Source: a bacterium
GTDB lineage: Bacteria > SAR324 > XYD2-FULL-50-16 > G965216635
Length of the DNA: 64,000 nt
Assembly: GCA_965216635.1 (NCBI GenBank)
Contig: OZ244188.1
Coordinates: forward strand, 2,240,001-2,304,000
Reading direction: 5' to 3'
Shown here piece by piece: positions 60,186 to 64,000 of the stretch; the stretch's first letter is position 1; each line of letters begins with the position of its first letter. The notes beneath the pieces are model-generated. The model saw only the letters and a program-made list of their open reading frames with translations, ran no database searches and had not been told where the DNA came from. The position numbers and the translations under genes were made by a program.

Positions 60186-63079
60186 ATCGTTTAAGAGAAA
60201 CAGATTAAAATTAAGAAGTCAGCAAAAGTAGAATGTGAAACAACCAGCGGTTGATTCACTATAACCTTTATGAAATTAAAAGCAGTATCGTTTAAGAGAA
60301 ACAGATTAAAATCAAGAAGTCAGCAAAAGTGGAATTGAAACAACCAGCGGTTGTTTCACTATAACCTTTATGAAATTAAAAGCAGTAAGACTGCAGTAGA
60401 ACTACAGGATTTTCAAGCACTTATTTTTCAAAAAAAATGAAAGAAAAAAGAATGGTAGATGTTACCAATCTACAAAATTCGTCCTCTATACACAACAGAC
60501 AAAAGTAGCAATGAAACTACTGTACAGTCACCAATCTATAAAATTCGTCCTCTATATCTTTTAAGAGAAACAGATTAAAATCAAGAAGTCAGCAAAAGTA
60601 GAATGTGAAACAACCAGCGGTTGTTTCACTATAACCTTTATGAAATTAAAAGCAATAAGACTGCCGTAGAACTACAGGATTTTCAAGCACTTATTTTTCA
60701 AAAAAAATGAAAGAAAAAAGAATGGTAGATGTTACCAATTTACAAAATTCGTCCTCTATACACAACGTTATTTTTCTGTCACATTTGATACTGATAGTCA
60801 CCAATCTACAAAATTCGTCCTCTATATCGTTTAAGAGAAACAGATTAAAATTAAGAAGTCAGCAAAAGTAGAATGTGAAACAACCAGCGGTTGTTTCACT
60901 ATAACCTTTATGAAATTAAAAGCAATAAGACTGCCGTAGAACTACAGGCACGTAGTGCTCTCCCAATAAATTGTCACCAATCTACAAAATTCGTCCTCTA
61001 TATCGTTTAAGAGAAACAGATTAAAATTAAGAAGTCAGCAAAAGTAGAATGTGAAACAACCAGCGGTTGTTTCACTATAACCTTTATGAAATTAAAAGCA
61101 ATAAGACTGCCGTAGAACTACAGGCACGTAGTGCTCTCCCAATAAATTGTCACCAATCTACAAAATTCGTCCTCTATACACAACTTTTGGCACTAGATAG
61201 CCTGTTCGTGTGTAGTCACCAATCTACAAAATTCGTCCTCTATATCGTTTAAGAGAAACAGATTAAAATCAAGAAGTCAGCAAAAGTAGAATGTGAAACA
61301 ACCAGCGGTTGTTTCACTATAAACTTTATGAAATTAAAAGCAATAAGACTGCCGTAGAACTACAGGCACGTAGTGCTCTCCCAATAAATTGTCACCAATC
61401 TACAAAATTCGTCCTCTATACACAACTAATATATTAGACATAATAACCTCTTTTTGGGTCACCAATCTACAAAATTCGTCCTCTATATCGTTTAAGAGAA
61501 ACAGATTAAAATTAAGAAGTCAGCAAAAGTAGAATGTGAAACAACCAGCGGTTGTTTCACTATAACCTTTATGAAATTAAAAGCAATAAGACTGCCGTAG
61601 AACTACAGGATTTTTAAGCACTTATTTTTCAAAAAAAATGAAAGAAACTCTCAAAAAAATCTAATAAATAGTCTTTTTTTCTAGATTGAAATGTTGAATT
61701 TTGATAAGAATGGCGGGACTTTAAGAGCTATCTGTCACCAATCTACAAAATTCGTCCTCTATATCGTTTAAGAGAAACAGATTAAAATTAAGAAGTCAGC
61801 AAAAGTAGAATGTGAAACAACCAGCGGTTGTTTCACTATAACCTTTATGAAATTAAAAGCAATAAGACTGCCGTAGAACTACAGGCACGTAGTGCTCTCC
61901 CAATAAATTGTCACCAATCTACAAAATTCGTCCTCTATATTGTTTAAGAGAAACAGATTAAAATTAAGAAGTCAGCAAAAGTAGAATGTGAAACAACCAG
62001 CGGTTGATTCACTATAACCTTTATGAAATTAAAAGCAGTATCGTTTAAGAGAAACAGATTAAAATCAAGAAGTCAGCAAAAGTAGAATGTGAAACAACCA
62101 GCGGTTGATTCACTATAACCTTTATGAAATTAAAAGCAGTATCGTTTAAGAGAAACAGATTAAAATCAAGAAGTCAGCAAAAGTAAAATGTGAAACAACC
62201 AGCGGTTGTTTCACTATAACCTTTATGAAATTAAAAGCAGTATCGTTTAAGAGAAACAGATTAAAATTAAGAAGTCAGCAAAAGTAGAATGTGAAACAAC
62301 CAGCGGTTGTTTCACTATAACCTTTATGAAATTAAAAGCAGTAAGACTGCCGTAGAACTACAGGATTTTTAAGCACTTATTTTTCAAAAAAATGAAAGAA
62401 ACTCTCAAAAAAATCTAATAAATAGTCTTTTTTTCTAGACTGAAATGTTGAATTTTGATAAGAATGGCGGGACTTTAAGAGCTATCTGTCACCAATCTAC
62501 AAAATTCGTCCTCTATATCGTTTAAGAGAAACAGATTAAAATTAAGAAGTCAGCAAAAGTAGAATGTGAAACAACCAGCGGTTGTTTCACTATAACCTTT
62601 ATGAAATTAAAAGCAGTATCGTTTAAGAGAAACAGATTAAAATTAAGAAGTCAGCAAAAGTAGAATGTGAAACAACCAGCGGTTGTTTCACTATAACCTT
62701 TATGAAATTTAAAGCAGTAAGACTGCCGTAGAACTACAGGATTTTCAAGCACTTATTATTCAAAAAAAATGAAAGAAAAAAGAATGGTAGAAGTCACCAA
62801 TCTACAAAATTCGTCCTCTATATCGTTTAAGAGAAACAGATTAAAATTAAGATAAAATTAAGAAGTCAGCAAAAGTAGAATGTGAAACAACCAGCGGTTG
62901 TTTCACTATAACCTTTATGAAATTAAAAGCAGTAAGACTGCCGTAGAACTACAGGATTTTTAAGCACTTATTTTTCAAAAAAAATGAAAGAAACTCTCAA
63001 AAAAATCTAATAAATAGTCTTTTTTTCTAGACTGAAATGTTGAATTTTGATAAGAATGGCGGGACTTTAAGAGCTATCT
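60186..63079. CRISPR. Mosaic of 101-bp hairpin units, leader copies, full and truncated repeats and four spacers
   Basis: Units at 60186, 60287, 60556, 60826, 61002, 61244, 61487, 61763, 61939, 62040, 62141, 62242, 62517, 62618, 62822; full repeats at 60461, 60731, 61149, 61391; 30-nt truncated repeats at 60527, 60797, 60973, 61215, 61458, 61734, 61910, 62488, 62793. Confidence 0.9.
62934..63079. promoter_or_regulatory. Probable CRISPR leader (copies at 61588-61733 and 62343-62487)
   Basis: AT-rich 146 bp ending GGGACTTTAAGAGCTATCT, directly abutting the first regular repeat. Confidence 0.6.
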
Positions 63080-64000
63080 GTCACCAATCTACAAAATTCG
63101 TCCTCTATACACAACTTAGACTCTCTGCTATTTATGGCTTTTTTTGTCACCAATCTACAAAATTCGTCCTCTATACACAACTGAGAGGCATTTGGTAGAT
63201 CTTATTTGTGGGTCACCAATCTACAAAATTCGTCCTCTATACACAACGGAAGCAAAGATTTTAAAAACATAGTCTTTGTCACCAATCTACAAAATTCGTC
63301 CTCTATACACAACCGTTTCCAAAACATATAATACTTCAAATGGGTCACCAATCTACAAAATTCGTCCTCTATACACAACTTTAATACTTTTTATAAAATC
63401 AAACTGGAAGTCACCAATCTACAAAATTCGTCCTCTATACACAACCACATTGCGAGATGTTTTTCAAATAAGAGTGTCACCAATCTACAAAATTCGTCCT
63501 CTATACACAACTAAATCTTGTTCTGCCTCTTTAAGCAGTTCGTCACCAATCTACAAAATTCGTCCTCTATACACAACGGGTTGTCTTGGTAAAAAACAAT
63601 GAAAAAAGTCACCAATCTACAAAATTCGTCCTCTATACACAACCCTATCCGCGGCAGAGATGATATTTTTGGGGTCACCAATCTACAAAATTCGTCCTCT
63701 ATACACAACCATCGAAGTAGGAGGGTATAAAATTTTACTGTCACCAATCTACAAAATTCGTCCTCTATACACAACATCAATCATAGTTTTTGTTCTTAAA
63801 ATTAAGTCACCAATCTACAAAATTCGTCCTCTATACACAACAAAGGACCATGTTACCTTTCCAAACAAATAGTCACCAATCTACAAAATTCGTCCTCTAT
63901 ACACAACGCGAAATACGAATTCATTTGTTTTTCAAGCGTCACCAATCTACAAAATTCGTCCTCTATACACAACAGGAAATTTATCGTATTCTCCCCAAGA
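63080..64000 (-). CRISPR. Regular CRISPR array, 14 repeats visible, runs off right edge
   Basis: 36-bp repeat GTCACCAATCTACAAAATTCGTCCTCTATACACAAC at an exact 66-bp period, 13 complete unique 30-nt spacers; strand inferred from tracrRNA complementarity. Confidence 0.98.

Noticed and set aside
60150..63079. csn2, cas4 or another gene after cas2, including the 61-aa ORF at 61067
   Set aside because: The region is entirely repeat-derived; absence of these genes supports type II-C
63276..63872. ORFs with repeating SPIYKIRPLYTT
   Set aside because: Artefact of the 66-bp (22-codon) CRISPR period
60497..64000. Self-targeting spacers
   Set aside because: No match to this window noticed by eye; not an exhaustive search, and the rest of the genome is unseen

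Overview
AT-rich bacterial chromosomal segment. Housekeeping and metabolic genes: HAD hydrolase-glmS-archaeal-type glmU, degP/Q, nirK-cytochrome c-ctaB-caa3 oxidase operon, moeB/thiF, smc, mcl-mtkAB, groES-groEL, nuoL-M-N, frmA-fghA and a Rieske oxygenase. Defence genes: three restriction-modification-like cassettes and a type II-C CRISPR-Cas9 locus whose array runs off the right edge. The most unusual structures are: (1) a 2.9-kb mosaic between cas2 and the regular array, with 15 copies of a 101-bp hairpin unit, three full leader copies, 9 repeats all cut at the same base, and four single-spacer mini-arrays; (2) the hairpin of that unit is shared, with compensatory changes, with a dispersed family of MITE-like elements (about ten copies here); (3) a tandemly duplicated tracrRNA candidate, each copy with its own promoter; (4) five paralogous outer-membrane beta-barrel genes with constant frameworks and hypervariable loops; (5) mcl-mtkAB bracketed by a duplicated smc 3' end; (6) an unannotated Pro/Arg-rich peptide gene coupled to a membrane protein gene. 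All calls come from reading motifs by eye; no searches were run.
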